A stretch of DNA of 64,000 nucleotides, from positions 1,316,717 through 1,380,716 of the forward strand of contig OY970244.1 of the NCBI GenBank assembly GCA_963715485.1. Direction: 5' to 3'. The stretch comes from an uncultured Gammaproteobacteria bacterium (GTDB lineage Bacteria; Pseudomonadota; Gammaproteobacteria; Steroidobacterales; Steroidobacteraceae). The position numbers were made by a program, and so were the translations under genes. How positions within the stretch are numbered: position 1 is the first letter of the stretch; the number at the start of each line of letters is the position of its first letter. The notes beneath the pieces were generated by a model. That model had not been told where the DNA came from and did not search any database. It saw only the letters and a program-made list of their open reading frames with translations. Of the stretch, positions 39,516 to 47,985 are shown piece after piece.

Positions 39516-40367
39516 TCATGCCGGTCCGCCGCCGACGGCACGTCCCGGGTCGCGGATCCACTCGCTCCAGGATCCCGCATACAGGCGTCCGCCGGGAATT
39601 CCCGCAACTGCCATCGCGAGCAAATTATGGCAGGCGGTGACGCCGGAGCCGCACATACAGACCGTCTCGTCGCCGGCCCTTGTCTGCAGCGTCTCCGCCC
39701 AGCGTGGGCGCAGCTCGGCGGGCGCGAGCAGGCGCCCATCGGGACGCAGATTCCACTGGCTGGGATGATTGACGGCACCAGGGACGTGGCCCGCTACCGT
39801 ATCGAGCGGCTCGGATCTCCCCTCAAATCGCTCCGTCGCACGGGCATCGACCAGCAGGCAGGCGTCCGTGGCCAACATGCCCACGAGCTGGTCTGCGTCA
39901 ACGGTCATGCCGGATCGAGGATGGGCGATGAACTCACTGGCCGGCCGCCCCGGCGAGGAATTATCCTGGGTACCGCCATGGGCCACCCAGGCCTGCAGGC
40001 CGCCGTCGAGTACTGCCGCCGCGTCATGCCCCATCCAGTGCAACATCCACCATAGCCGCGCCGCGAGCTGGCCCGCCGAGTTGTCGTAGACAACCACCTG
40101 CGTCTTCGGTTTGACGCCCCAGCGGGACAGCGTCTCGGCAAAGGCCTGCGGTGCCGGCAGCGGGTGACGGCCTGATCGAGGCGTGACGGGCCCGGACAAG
40201 TCGCGGTCGAGGTGGGCGTAAGCTGCACCCGGAATGTGTCCGAGCGCCCACGCGGCTTCCCCTGCCTGCGGGTTGGTCAGATCGAACCGGCAGTCGACGA
40301 CCAGCCAATCCGGATCCGCGAGGTGCCCCATCAGATCAGCTGGCTGCAGCAGGGTCGTGAATTTCAT
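39516..40367 (-). CDS. sulfurtransferase (tandem rhodanese, SseA/3-mercaptopyruvate type)
   Basis: Two rhodanese domains. Active-site loop CMCGSGVTAC and GSWSEW near the C-terminus. Confidence 0.88.
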   Translation of the reverse strand: MKFTTLLQPADLMGHLADPDWLVVDCRFDLTNPQAGEAAWALGHIPGAAYAHLDRDLSGPVTPRSGRHPLPAPQAFAETLSRWGVKPKTQVVVYDNSAGQLAARLWWMLHWMGHDAAAVLDGGLQAWVAHGGTQDNSSPGRPASEFIAHPRSGMTVDADQLVGMLATDACLLVDARATERFEGRSEPLDTVAGHVPGAVNHPSQWNLRPDGRLLAPAELRPRWAETLQTRAGDETVCMCGSGVTACHNLLAMAVAGIPGGRLYAGSWSEWIRDPGRAVGGGPA

Positions 40368-40477
40368 GGGCTAGTCCAGATTTCATATTGCGATGCGGCA
40401 ATCCTGCCGGCTGCTCGATTTAGGCCGACTGCCGCGCTGGTTGCAACCTTTTCTGACGCCGCTGCGTCTTAGCATTC

Positions 40478-40657
40478 ATGAGCCGGAACACGATGCAGAG
40501 TCAGCAATCTTCGGGCACCGATCCTGCGTTGCCGGCCCTGCCGGTCGTCACTTCCCGAGAGCGCGATTTCTGGCGCCGCGCCGTTGCCGAGCAACGGCAA
40601 CGACTCGAGCTGACCGGCCACGAGGCGCCGCCGGAACTGAAGGCTGAACGGCATTAG
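40478..40657 (+). CDS. possible small protein (59 aa), not in the ORF track
   Basis: My translation is MSRNTMQSQQSSGTDPALPALPVVTSRERDFWRRAVAEQRQRLELTGHEAPPELKAERH. Third-codon positions are GC-rich, and a terminator-like hairpin follows. There is no convincing RBS. Confidence 0.3.
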   Translation: MSRNTMQSQQSSGTDPALPALPVVTSRERDFWRRAVAEQRQRLELTGHEAPPELKAERH

Positions 40658-40711
40658 CCGCAAGCGGTGCAGGTCACCGCGGAGTGCAGCCTGGACGTAT
40701 CCCCTGTTGCA

Positions 40712-40735
40712 GCCGGCCACGTGCCGGCCTTTTTT
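40712..40735 (+). terminator. short GC hairpin (GCCGGC..GCCGGC) followed by T6
   Basis: Read directly as GCCGGCCACGTGCCGGCCTTTTTT, 55 nt after the small-ORF stop. Confidence 0.4.
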
Positions 40736-40854
40736 GGGCCGTCGCGTGGTGCCTCGCGATGCCCGTTTGCGTTACATTACCGGGCCATGCATCAAGGCAG
40801 TTGCCAGGCTGCCGGTTGCCGCGTGTCCCACCAAGAACTGGAAGAAACCCGATC

Positions 40855-42277
40855 ATGACGAGTCACAAGATCCATACGCATTTTCCCGGCCGCCTGCTTC
40901 TTATCGGCTTCGGCAGCATCGGACAGGGCATCCTGCCGCTGGTACTGCGCCATATCGGCGGCCTGTCTCCCGATCGGATCACGGTGGTGACCGCCGACGA
41001 CGCTGGCCGTGACGAGGCCGAGCAATTCGGCATTCGTTTCCTCAATCACCCGCTGACGCGCGAAAACTACCGGCACGTGCTGGAGCCGCTGGTCGGGCGC
41101 GGCGACTTCGTGCTCAACCTGTCGGTCGACGTGTCGAGCATCGCCCTGATGAAGCTGTGCCAGGAAAAGGGCGCGCTCTACCTGGACACCTGCATCGAGC
41201 CCTGGCCGGGCGGCTACAGCGACCCGAACATTCCAGCCAGCCGCCGTACCAACTACGCCCTGCGCGAAGAGACGCTGGAGCTGCGCAAGGCCTACCCCAA
41301 GGGGCCGACCGCGGTAATTACCCACGGCGCGAATCCGGGTCTCGTCTCTCATTTCGTCAAGCAGGCACTGCTGGACATTGCGGCCGACACTGACGTCGAG
41401 GTCGGCGAACCGGCCAACCGTGACGAGTGGGCGGCGCTGGCCCAACAGCTGGGTATCAAGGTCATCCACATCGCCGAGCGCGATACACAGATTTCCAGCA
41501 GAGCCGAAGATGCCGGGTGAATTCGTCAACACCTGGTCCGTGGACGGGTTCATCAGCGAGGGCAGCCAGCCAGCCGAGCTTGGCTGGGGCTCACATGAGC
41601 GCCACTTCCCGCGAGACGGGCGGCAACACGATTTCGGCCGCAAGAACGCGATCTTCCTGAGCCAGCCGGGTTGCGCCACCCGCGTGCGCACCTGGACGCC
41701 GCTGGCGGGCCATTTCCACGGTTTCCTGATAACTCACGGCGAGTCGATCTCGATCTCGGACTTCCTGACGGTCAGGGAGGGCGACAAGGTTGCCTACCGG
41801 CCGACGGTTCACTACGCCTATCACCCGGCGGACAACGCCGTGCTCTCGGTCCACGAGTTCTGCGGCAGGAATTACCGTGAGCAGGAACGCAAGCGCATCA
41901 TGATGGCGGATATAACCTCCGGCATCGACGAGCTGGGCGTGCTGCTCGCCGGGCACAAGAAGAACGCTTACTGGTATGGGTCGCAGCTGTCCACGGACGA
42001 GGCGCGCGAGCTGGTGCCTTTCAACAGCGCAACCTCGCTGCAGGTCACGGTGGCCGCCCTGTCGGGCATGATCTTCGCGATGGAGAACCCGAGCCTGGGC
42101 ATCGTCGAGCCAGACGAGATCGACTTCCGCCGAAACCTGGAAATCTGCGCGCCCTATCTCGGTCCGGTTGTCGGCAAGTACACTGACTGGACGCCGGTAT
42201 TCGACCGCGGCCGACTGTTCCCGGAAGACATCGACGAGAGCGATCCCTGGCAATTCAAGAACGTGCGGGTGATCTAG
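40855..42277 (+). pseudogene. hss: homospermidine synthase, interrupted by a 1-nt frameshift at the TTT run 41492-41494
   Basis: The N-terminal part (LLIGFGSIGQGILPLVLRH..ITHGANPGLVSHFVKQAL..IHIAERDTQI) ends at a premature TGA. ORF 41378..42277 continues in the +1 frame with PGEFVNTWSVDGFISEGSQPAELGWGSHE... Length is 3n+1. Confidence 0.88.
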
Positions 42278-42336
42278 ACCCGGCGTCGATGCGGCCAACG
42301 GCGGGTGCGGGGCGCGAGGGCGCGGCCCCGCCGGCC

Positions 42337-42852
42337 TCAGCAGCGTTCGGACGAATCCTCGTAATCGATCGAGGTGATCACCAGGGCTTGATCGCCGCCG
42401 GGCAGTTCGATCCTGACCTCGTCATCGAGGCGCCGGCCGAGCAGGGCGCGGGCCAGCGGCGAGTCCATGCTGATGTAGCCGGGGGCCAAGTCGAATTCAT
42501 CCGGCCCTACGATGCGGTGCCGCCGCGTCTCGCCGTCGGCGTCCTCCAGTTCCACCCAGGCGCCGAAATAGACCCGTGACCGATCGGTAGGTGCCTGGTC
42601 GACAACGACCATGCCGTCGAGGCGCTTGCGCAGGAAACGGACCCGCCGGTCGATTTCCCTCAATCGACGCTTCCCATACGTGTATTCGGCGTTCTCGGAC
42701 CGGTCACCCTGGGCGGCCGCCTCGGAGACGGCCTGGGTGACCTGCGGACGTTCGATCCGCCACAGCTGGTCGAGTTCGGTGCGCAGTCGTCGCTCCCCGG
42801 CGGGGGTGATGAACTGCGATCCGGGCTGCAAAGGTGGTTTCCAGCGCCCCAT
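42337..42852 (-). CDS. greB: transcription elongation factor GreB
   Basis: GDRSENAEYTYGKRRLREIDRRVRFLRKRL and YISMDSPLARALLGRRLDDEV align with E. coli GreB. Confidence 0.9.
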   Translation of the reverse strand: MGRWKPPLQPGSQFITPAGERRLRTELDQLWRIERPQVTQAVSEAAAQGDRSENAEYTYGKRRLREIDRRVRFLRKRLDGMVVVDQAPTDRSRVYFGAWVELEDADGETRRHRIVGPDEFDLAPGYISMDSPLARALLGRRLDDEVRIELPGGDQALVITSIDYEDSSERC

Positions 42853-43029
42853 TATGTCAAATATGCCCGTCGGTCTGGGTCAAGCGGCCACTGCCTCAAG
42901 AATGGCGAGTCGCTGCCGTCAAGCTGGCAGGGTGAACGCATCGGCGGTTGCTGAATTGTGCGCAAGGTCACTGATCGCCGCCAGGGGTGGGCGTAGTCTC
43001 AGACCCGAGCGGTTGGCTCATTGTTGAAT

Positions 43030-43107
43030 CCCCTAGCGGACTTTCCTTCCCTTCACCGTAAGTCCGCTTCTCAAGCCTCAGGGCGAACCCCTGGGGCTTC
43101 TTTTTTT
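43030..43107 (+). ncRNA. candidate small RNA or leader: CU-rich-loop hairpin plus intrinsic terminator (5' end undefined)
   Basis: Hairpin 43035-43068 (stem AGCGGACTT/AAGTCCGCT, 16-nt loop UCCUUCCCUUCACCGU) is followed 4 nt later by the terminator at 43073-43107. No ORF explains it. Confidence 0.3.
43073..43107 (+). terminator. rho-independent terminator
   Basis: An 11-bp stem AAGCCTCAGGG / CCCTGGGGCTT (one G-U pair), 5-nt loop, then C-TTTTTTT. This lies in the greB/methyltransferase intergenic region. Confidence 0.6.
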
Positions 43108-43187
43108 GGTCTCGCGCTGTCGGATTCGCCGCAAGGCGCAGCTAGTGTAACGTGGAGTCTGTATCGGCCATCCGACATCAGCAGGGC

Positions 43188-43937
43188 ATGACCGACGGCG
43201 CATCCTTCAAGGACCACTTCTCCGCCCAGGCGGGCGAGTACGAGCGCCACCGCCCGGGCTACCCGCCCGAACTGTTCGGATGGCTGGCCTCGGTCGCCCC
43301 GGCCAACGAGCGAGCGCTCGACCTGGCGACCGGCAACGGCCAGGCCGCGACCGGGCTGGCGGCGCACTTTGCCGAGGTGCAGGCCACGGAGCCGAGCGAG
43401 GCCCAGCTTTCCAGGGCCAGTCCGCATCCGCGGATCAGCTACCTTCGGGGGACTGCCGAGCGTATCGACTTCCCCGACGGATACTTCGACCTGCTGACTG
43501 CTGCCCAGGCTGCGCACTGGTTCGACTGGCCACGCTTCTACGCCGAGGCGCGCCGGGTTCTCCGCCCCGGCGGCATCATCGCCCTCTGGACCTACGAAAT
43601 GTTCACCACCGATCCCGAAGTCGACGCGGTCATGGACGACTTCTACCGAAACGTGGTGGGCCCCTACTGGCCGCGCGAGCGCCGTCACGTAGAGGAGCGC
43701 TACACCAGCCTGCCGTTTCCCTTCGAGGAAATCGCCTCGCCGCCCTTCATCCTGCGCACCCAATGGTCGTTGTCCGATGTGCTTGGCTACCTCGAGACCT
43801 GGTCTGCAGTGCAGCGTTATCTACGCATTCGTGGGCGCAATCCGGTAGAGCTGGTGGCGGATCCTCTGGCCGGGGCCTGGGGGCAGGGCGAGCGCCGGCT
43901 CAGCTGGCCGATCCACCTTCGAGCAGGACGCGGCTAG
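43188..43937 (+). CDS. class I SAM-dependent methyltransferase (Methyltransf_11-like)
   Basis: RALDLATGNGQAA (motif I), FDLLTAAQAAHWF and VLRPGGIIALWTY. I prefer the ATG at 43188 (MTDGASF) to the GTG at 43152. Confidence 0.85.
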   Translation: MTDGASFKDHFSAQAGEYERHRPGYPPELFGWLASVAPANERALDLATGNGQAATGLAAHFAEVQATEPSEAQLSRASPHPRISYLRGTAERIDFPDGYFDLLTAAQAAHWFDWPRFYAEARRVLRPGGIIALWTYEMFTTDPEVDAVMDDFYRNVVGPYWPRERRHVEERYTSLPFPFEEIASPPFILRTQWSLSDVLGYLETWSAVQRYLRIRGRNPVELVADPLAGAWGQGERRLSWPIHLRAGRG

Positions 43938-44070
43938 CGGCAGGGTCCGGCACCGCGGGTTTCGGTCACGAGGAGGGCGTCAAGCCGTGGCTCCCTGCTG
44001 AGGAATGGAGCAGGATCTGGTAAAAGGGGCGGGCCCGCGCGAAGTGAGTGGGTTTCAACGGAGCAAGGAC

Positions 44071-44676
44071 ATGCGCGCATTGACGATACTGGCAGTGATT
44101 GCCGCCACGCTGCTGCTGCAGGGCTGCGGCTACAACACCCTGCAGACTCAGGACGAGCAGATCAAGTCGGCCTGGTCGGAGGTGCTGAACCAGTACCAGC
44201 GGCGCTCCGACCTGATCCCGAACCTGGTCGCCACGGTCAAGGGATTTGCAGAGCAGGAACAGGCGGTGCTGGTGGGCGTCACCGAGGCGCGCGCCAAGGC
44301 CTCGCAGATCCAGGTGAACGCAGACGATCCAGCCTCGCTGGCACAGTTCCAGGCGGCCCAGGGCGAGGTGACGAGCGCGTTGTCACGCCTGCTCGTCACG
44401 GTCGAGAACTATCCGGAGCTGAAGTCCGACCAGAACTTCCGTGACCTGCAGGCGCAGCTGGAAGGAACGGAGAATCGCATCACCGTAGCCCGCAATCGCT
44501 ACATCCAGTCGGTGCAGGACTATAACGTGACGGTGCGGCAGTTCCCGACCAACCTGACGGCGATGATTTTCGGCCACAAGGTGAAGCCGAATTTCACGGT
44601 CGAGAACGAAGCAGAGATCTCGAAGCCGCCAGCGGTCGACTTCACGAAGCCGGCTGAATCCGCTGCGAAGGGCTGA
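44071..44676 (+). CDS. lemA: LemA family protein
   Basis: Lipobox LLLQGC, then YNTLQTQDEQIKSAWSEVLNQYQRRSDLIPNLVATVKG..ENYPELKSDQNFRDLQAQLEGTENRI, the canonical LemA pattern. Confidence 0.9.
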   Translation: MRALTILAVIAATLLLQGCGYNTLQTQDEQIKSAWSEVLNQYQRRSDLIPNLVATVKGFAEQEQAVLVGVTEARAKASQIQVNADDPASLAQFQAAQGEVTSALSRLLVTVENYPELKSDQNFRDLQAQLEGTENRITVARNRYIQSVQDYNVTVRQFPTNLTAMIFGHKVKPNFTVENEAEISKPPAVDFTKPAESAAKG

Positions 44677-44696
44677 TTGGGGCTCGCGCGCCGGCC

Positions 44697-45578
44697 ATGC
44701 GCGCCCTTGCAATCGGTTCTCTGCTGCTGGCGACCGCCGTCGCCATCGCGCCGGCGGCGCGAGCAGACCTCGTGCCGGTGCCGCCGTTGGAGCGGCGCGT
44801 CACCGACCTCACCGCGACGCTCGACGATGCGCAGCGACAACAGCTGGAGCGCCGCCTCGCGGAATTCGAGGCCGGCAAGGGCAGCCAGATCGCAATCCTG
44901 ATCGTGCCTACGACCCGGCCCGAGGATATCGAGCAGTTTTCCATTCGCGTGGCCGAGCAGTGGAAGCTGGGGCGAAAGGGCATTGACGACGGCGTACTGC
45001 TGGTGGTCGCCATCGAGGATCGTTCGCTACGGCTCGAGGTTGGCTATGGCCTCGAGGGGGCCGTTCCGGACGCCATCGCCAAACGGCTGGTAAGCGACGT
45101 CATCACGCCTTACTTCCGTCAGGGCGATTATTACGGCGGCCTGCAGGCGGGGATCGAGCGGCTGATCGGCGTCATCGACGGCGAGCCATTGCCGGAACCG
45201 CAGCCCGGCTGGCGCGAGAATGCCCGGGTCGGGCAGTCCATGCTGCCGCTGTTGCTGGTCTTCGCTGTCATCGGTGGCGGCATCCTGCGAGCGATATTCG
45301 GGCGCCTGGGCGGCGCCGCTGCGACCGGAGGCCTCGCCGGCGGGCTCGTCTGGCTGCTGGTGCACGTACTCGGCATCTCGGTTTTTGCCGGCTTCGTGGT
45401 CTTCGTCGTTGCATTGCTTGGCGGCATGCCGCGGCGCGGCTGGACCTCGGGCGGGCGCGGCAGCGGCGGTGGCTGGGGCTCCTGGGGCGGCGGGATGGGC
45501 GGCGGCGGCTTTGGCGGGGGTGGCTTTGGCGGTGGCGGCGGTGGTTTCGGCGGTGGCGGCGCCAGCGGGAGATGGTGA
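44697..45578 (+). CDS. TPM domain-containing protein (YgcG-like) with glycine-rich C-terminus
   Basis: Signal peptide, then VTDLTATLDDAQRQQLERRLAEFEAGKGSQIAILIVPT..GVLLVVAIEDRSLRLEVGYGLEG. TM segments and a GGGFGGGG tail follow. Confidence 0.85.
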   Translation: MRALAIGSLLLATAVAIAPAARADLVPVPPLERRVTDLTATLDDAQRQQLERRLAEFEAGKGSQIAILIVPTTRPEDIEQFSIRVAEQWKLGRKGIDDGVLLVVAIEDRSLRLEVGYGLEGAVPDAIAKRLVSDVITPYFRQGDYYGGLQAGIERLIGVIDGEPLPEPQPGWRENARVGQSMLPLLLVFAVIGGGILRAIFGRLGGAAATGGLAGGLVWLLVHVLGISVFAGFVVFVVALLGGMPRRGWTSGGRGSGGGWGSWGGGMGGGGFGGGGFGGGGGGFGGGGASGRW

Positions 45579-46153
45579 TGCAACTTGGGCGCTTCTGGCG
45601 GCACCTGATTGCCACCCGCTGGGCGGTACGTCGCGTTTTTCCTGACGCGGCGCTGCTGGCGATCGAGGCCGCTGTCCATGCGGGCGAGCGGCTTCATGAT
45701 GGCGAAGTACGATTCGCGGTGGAAACCGAGCTCGGCTGGCAGGAGCTGCTTCGGGGCATCACGCCGCGGCAACGTGCGATCGAGGTCTTTTCGCTGCTGC
45801 GAGTCTGGGACACGGAACGCAACAATGGCGTGCTGATCTATCTGCTGTTCGCCGACCGCGATGTCGAGATCGTCGCCGACCGGGGCTTCGACGGGCGCGT
45901 CCACGAGGCCGCCTGGCGGGAGATCTGTGCCGTGATGCGGGCCAGGTTTGCAGGAGGCGAGTTCGAAGCCGGCGCGCTGGAAGGCATTGCCGCGGCCAGC
46001 AGGCTGATGGCTGAACATTTCCCCGCGAGCGGGGGGGTTGGACCGCGACGAGATGCCGGATCGCCCGGCCATGCTATGAAACGGCCGCTATCCGCCCTGT
46101 CGCCGTGCGCCGACGCACGGCCTTGCACACGACCGTACATCGCGATGTCATAA
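45572..46153 (+). CDS. TPM domain-containing protein (second); the C-terminus is probably altered by an extra G in a G7 run, with the likely true stop at 46079
   Basis: GEVRFAVETELG..RVWDTERNNGVLIYLLFADRDVEIVADRG is the TPM pattern. After HFPAS the next frame reads GGLDRDEMPDRPAML-stop, a typical ending for this family. Confidence 0.78.
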   Translation: MVMQLGRFWRHLIATRWAVRRVFPDAALLAIEAAVHAGERLHDGEVRFAVETELGWQELLRGITPRQRAIEVFSLLRVWDTERNNGVLIYLLFADRDVEIVADRGFDGRVHEAAWREICAVMRARFAGGEFEAGALEGIAAASRLMAEHFPASGGVGPRRDAGSPGHAMKRPLSALSPCADARPCTRPYIAMS

Positions 46154-46157
46154 TCCC

Positions 46158-47372
46158 ATGATGCGAACACCCGACCGCGGGCGCCGGTGGCGCCTGTCAG
46201 CGATCCTGCTGCTCGCCTTCAGCACTGCGGCCTGCGTGCCGTTCGAATCGCTGTGGCGCAAGGAACCCAAGCCGCCCCCGCCGCTGGCGGAACCTGTGGC
46301 AGCGCCCGAGGCGCCGCTCGCCGAGGCGACTCATCACTTCGTGGTGGAGAAAGACAGCGATCTCGTTGGTCGCGTACAGGTGACGATTGCCCGTCACGAG
46401 GACACGCTGCCCGACCTCGCCAGGCGTTTCAACATAGGCTACGAGGAAATTGTCCGCGCCAACCCGGGCGTCGATCCGTGGCTCCCCGGCGAAGGCACCC
46501 GTGTGACGCTGCCGACCCGCTTCGTGCTTCCGGACGCGCCGCGTGAGGGTCTGGTCATCAACCTCGCAGCGATGCGGCTGTTCTATTACCCGCCGCACAA
46601 GGACAAGGCAGCGCCGCTGGAGGTCGTTACCCACCCGATCGGAATCGGCAAGGTGGGCTGGAGCACGCCGGAAGGCCGGACCAAGATCGTCTCGAAGGTC
46701 AAGGATCCAAGCTGGACGCCGCCCGCCTCGGTGCGCAAGGAGCATGCGGAAAACGGCGACCCGCTGCCGGCCAAAGTGCCACCAGGACCGGACAACCCGC
46801 TAGGTCGCCACATGATGCGCCTCGGCTGGCCGAGCTACCTGATGCACGGCACGAACAAGCCATATGGCGTGGGCATGCGCGTCAGTCACGGCTGCATCCG
46901 CCTCTATCCCGAGGACATTTCGCAGGTCTTCGACGACATCCCTGTAGGCACCACCGTGACCGTGGTCAACCAGCCCTACCTGCTGGGCTGGCAGGGAGAT
47001 GTACTGTACGTGCAGGCCTACGGTCCGCTCGACGACGACGAACGCAACTGGGAACACGGGCCAGCAGGCTTGAGGAAGAAAGGCGCCAAGTCGAAGTCGC
47101 CGCTGTGGAAGCGAATCGTCGCAGCCGACACGGCCGTCAACTGGGACCGCGCCCGCGAGGTTGCAGAGGAACCCAGCGGCATTCCACTGGCGGTCAGCCG
47201 CGGCCACGAGGGATCCCTGCCGGTGGTCCTGGCAGCCGCACCGGAGGTCCGCAATGCACTGCCGTCCGGGGCGACCTGGGATGGAAACGAGAATCAGTAC
47301 GAGGACGAGGGCGAATTCCGCGAGCTGCTGTCCGAGCGGGATCCTGCCGCACGCGAATCCGCGGTCCGTTGA
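46158..47372 (+). CDS. L,D-transpeptidase family protein (YkuD domain with LysM-like segment)
   Basis: Lipobox FSTAAC, a LysM-like DTLPDLARRFNIGYEEIVRANP, and the catalytic HGTNKPYGVGMRVSHGCIRL. Confidence 0.88.
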   Translation: MMRTPDRGRRWRLSAILLLAFSTAACVPFESLWRKEPKPPPPLAEPVAAPEAPLAEATHHFVVEKDSDLVGRVQVTIARHEDTLPDLARRFNIGYEEIVRANPGVDPWLPGEGTRVTLPTRFVLPDAPREGLVINLAAMRLFYYPPHKDKAAPLEVVTHPIGIGKVGWSTPEGRTKIVSKVKDPSWTPPASVRKEHAENGDPLPAKVPPGPDNPLGRHMMRLGWPSYLMHGTNKPYGVGMRVSHGCIRLYPEDISQVFDDIPVGTTVTVVNQPYLLGWQGDVLYVQAYGPLDDDERNWEHGPAGLRKKGAKSKSPLWKRIVAADTAVNWDRAREVAEEPSGIPLAVSRGHEGSLPVVLAAAPEVRNALPSGATWDGNENQYEDEGEFRELLSERDPAARESAVR

Positions 47373-47456
47373 AGTCGCGCTACGACGGGCTTTCCGCCAC
47401 CCGCTAAAGGCCTGCGCCCGCCTGCCGATCTTCCCGGGGGAGGAGACGGACCGGCC

Positions 47457-47654
47457 ATGGATCTCAAGTACTACACCACAGTGCTGGTTGAACGCCCCGG
47501 GCATTCCTCGGCCCGCCAGTACAACGGCGTCATTACCGTCAGCGATGATGACCTCGCACGCGACGTGCGGGAGGCAGTCGGCGCGGCAGTGTGCCGATCG
47601 CTGGGCGTTGCCAGGGACCAGGTGCGGGTCGTTCACTGCTCGCCCATTCACTGA
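47457..47654 (+). CDS. hypothetical small protein (65 aa)
   Basis: Track ORF. A GGAGGAG RBS lies about 10 nt upstream and third-codon positions are GC-rich. No family recognised. Confidence 0.45.
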   Translation: MDLKYYTTVLVERPGHSSARQYNGVITVSDDDLARDVREAVGAAVCRSLGVARDQVRVVHCSPIH

Positions 47655-47714
47655 AGGGCTGGTCTAGAATCCGGGCATCGATGGCCCGGCGACTGGTCGA
47701 TGCACAGCGAATGG

Positions 47715-47864
47715 ATGAAGGTCATGCTCGCGGAGATAGAGCGCAAGCGCGAGGAAACGCGCAGCGCCGAGGACGAAGAACTGCGACGGGCCCGGGAACG
47801 GCAGGCGGCCCGCGGACCCGATCCGGGCAGCAACGGGAAGACACCGGCGCGCAAGCGCCGCTGA
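47715..47864 (+). CDS. possible small basic coiled-coil protein (49 aa), not in the ORF track
   Basis: My translation is MKVMLAEIERKREETRSAEDEELRRARERQAARGPDPGSNGKTPARKRR. Third-codon positions are GC-rich. It lies between the 65-aa ORF and the sheath gene. Confidence 0.3.
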   Translation: MKVMLAEIERKREETRSAEDEELRRARERQAARGPDPGSNGKTPARKRR

Positions 47865-47985
47865 GCCGCTCCGCTCGACCCCACGCGATGGTGCAATCGG
47901 CGGAGATTCTGTAAGACGGCGCCGGTCGATTGGCGGGGGTGACACGACGATGTGCTAACCTTCCCCAAACCAAGGGGAGCCTCCG

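Noticed and set aside
42307-42331. GC-rich hairpin (GCGGGGC..GCCCCGC) between the convergent hss and greB genes, considered as a bidirectional terminator.
   Set aside because: There is no U/T tract on either side. I cannot support it as an intrinsic terminator from sequence alone.
42984-43046. tRNA-like strings (GCGTAGTCTCAG resembling a D-arm, GTTGAATCCCC resembling a T-arm) and, on the minus strand, GGAAAGTCCGC resembling the RNase P RNA P4 motif.
   Set aside because: I could not fold a cloverleaf with an acceptor stem and anticodon arm. The segment is also far too short, and lacks the other conserved regions, for RNase P RNA. I treated it only as part of the candidate sRNA/leader region.
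45131-46072. A minus-strand 313-aa ORF with long proline/lysine repeats (PPPPKPPPPPPKPPPP).
   Set aside because: It is the reverse complement of the glycine-rich tail (GGGFGGGG) of the TPM protein, so it is a mirror-image artefact.
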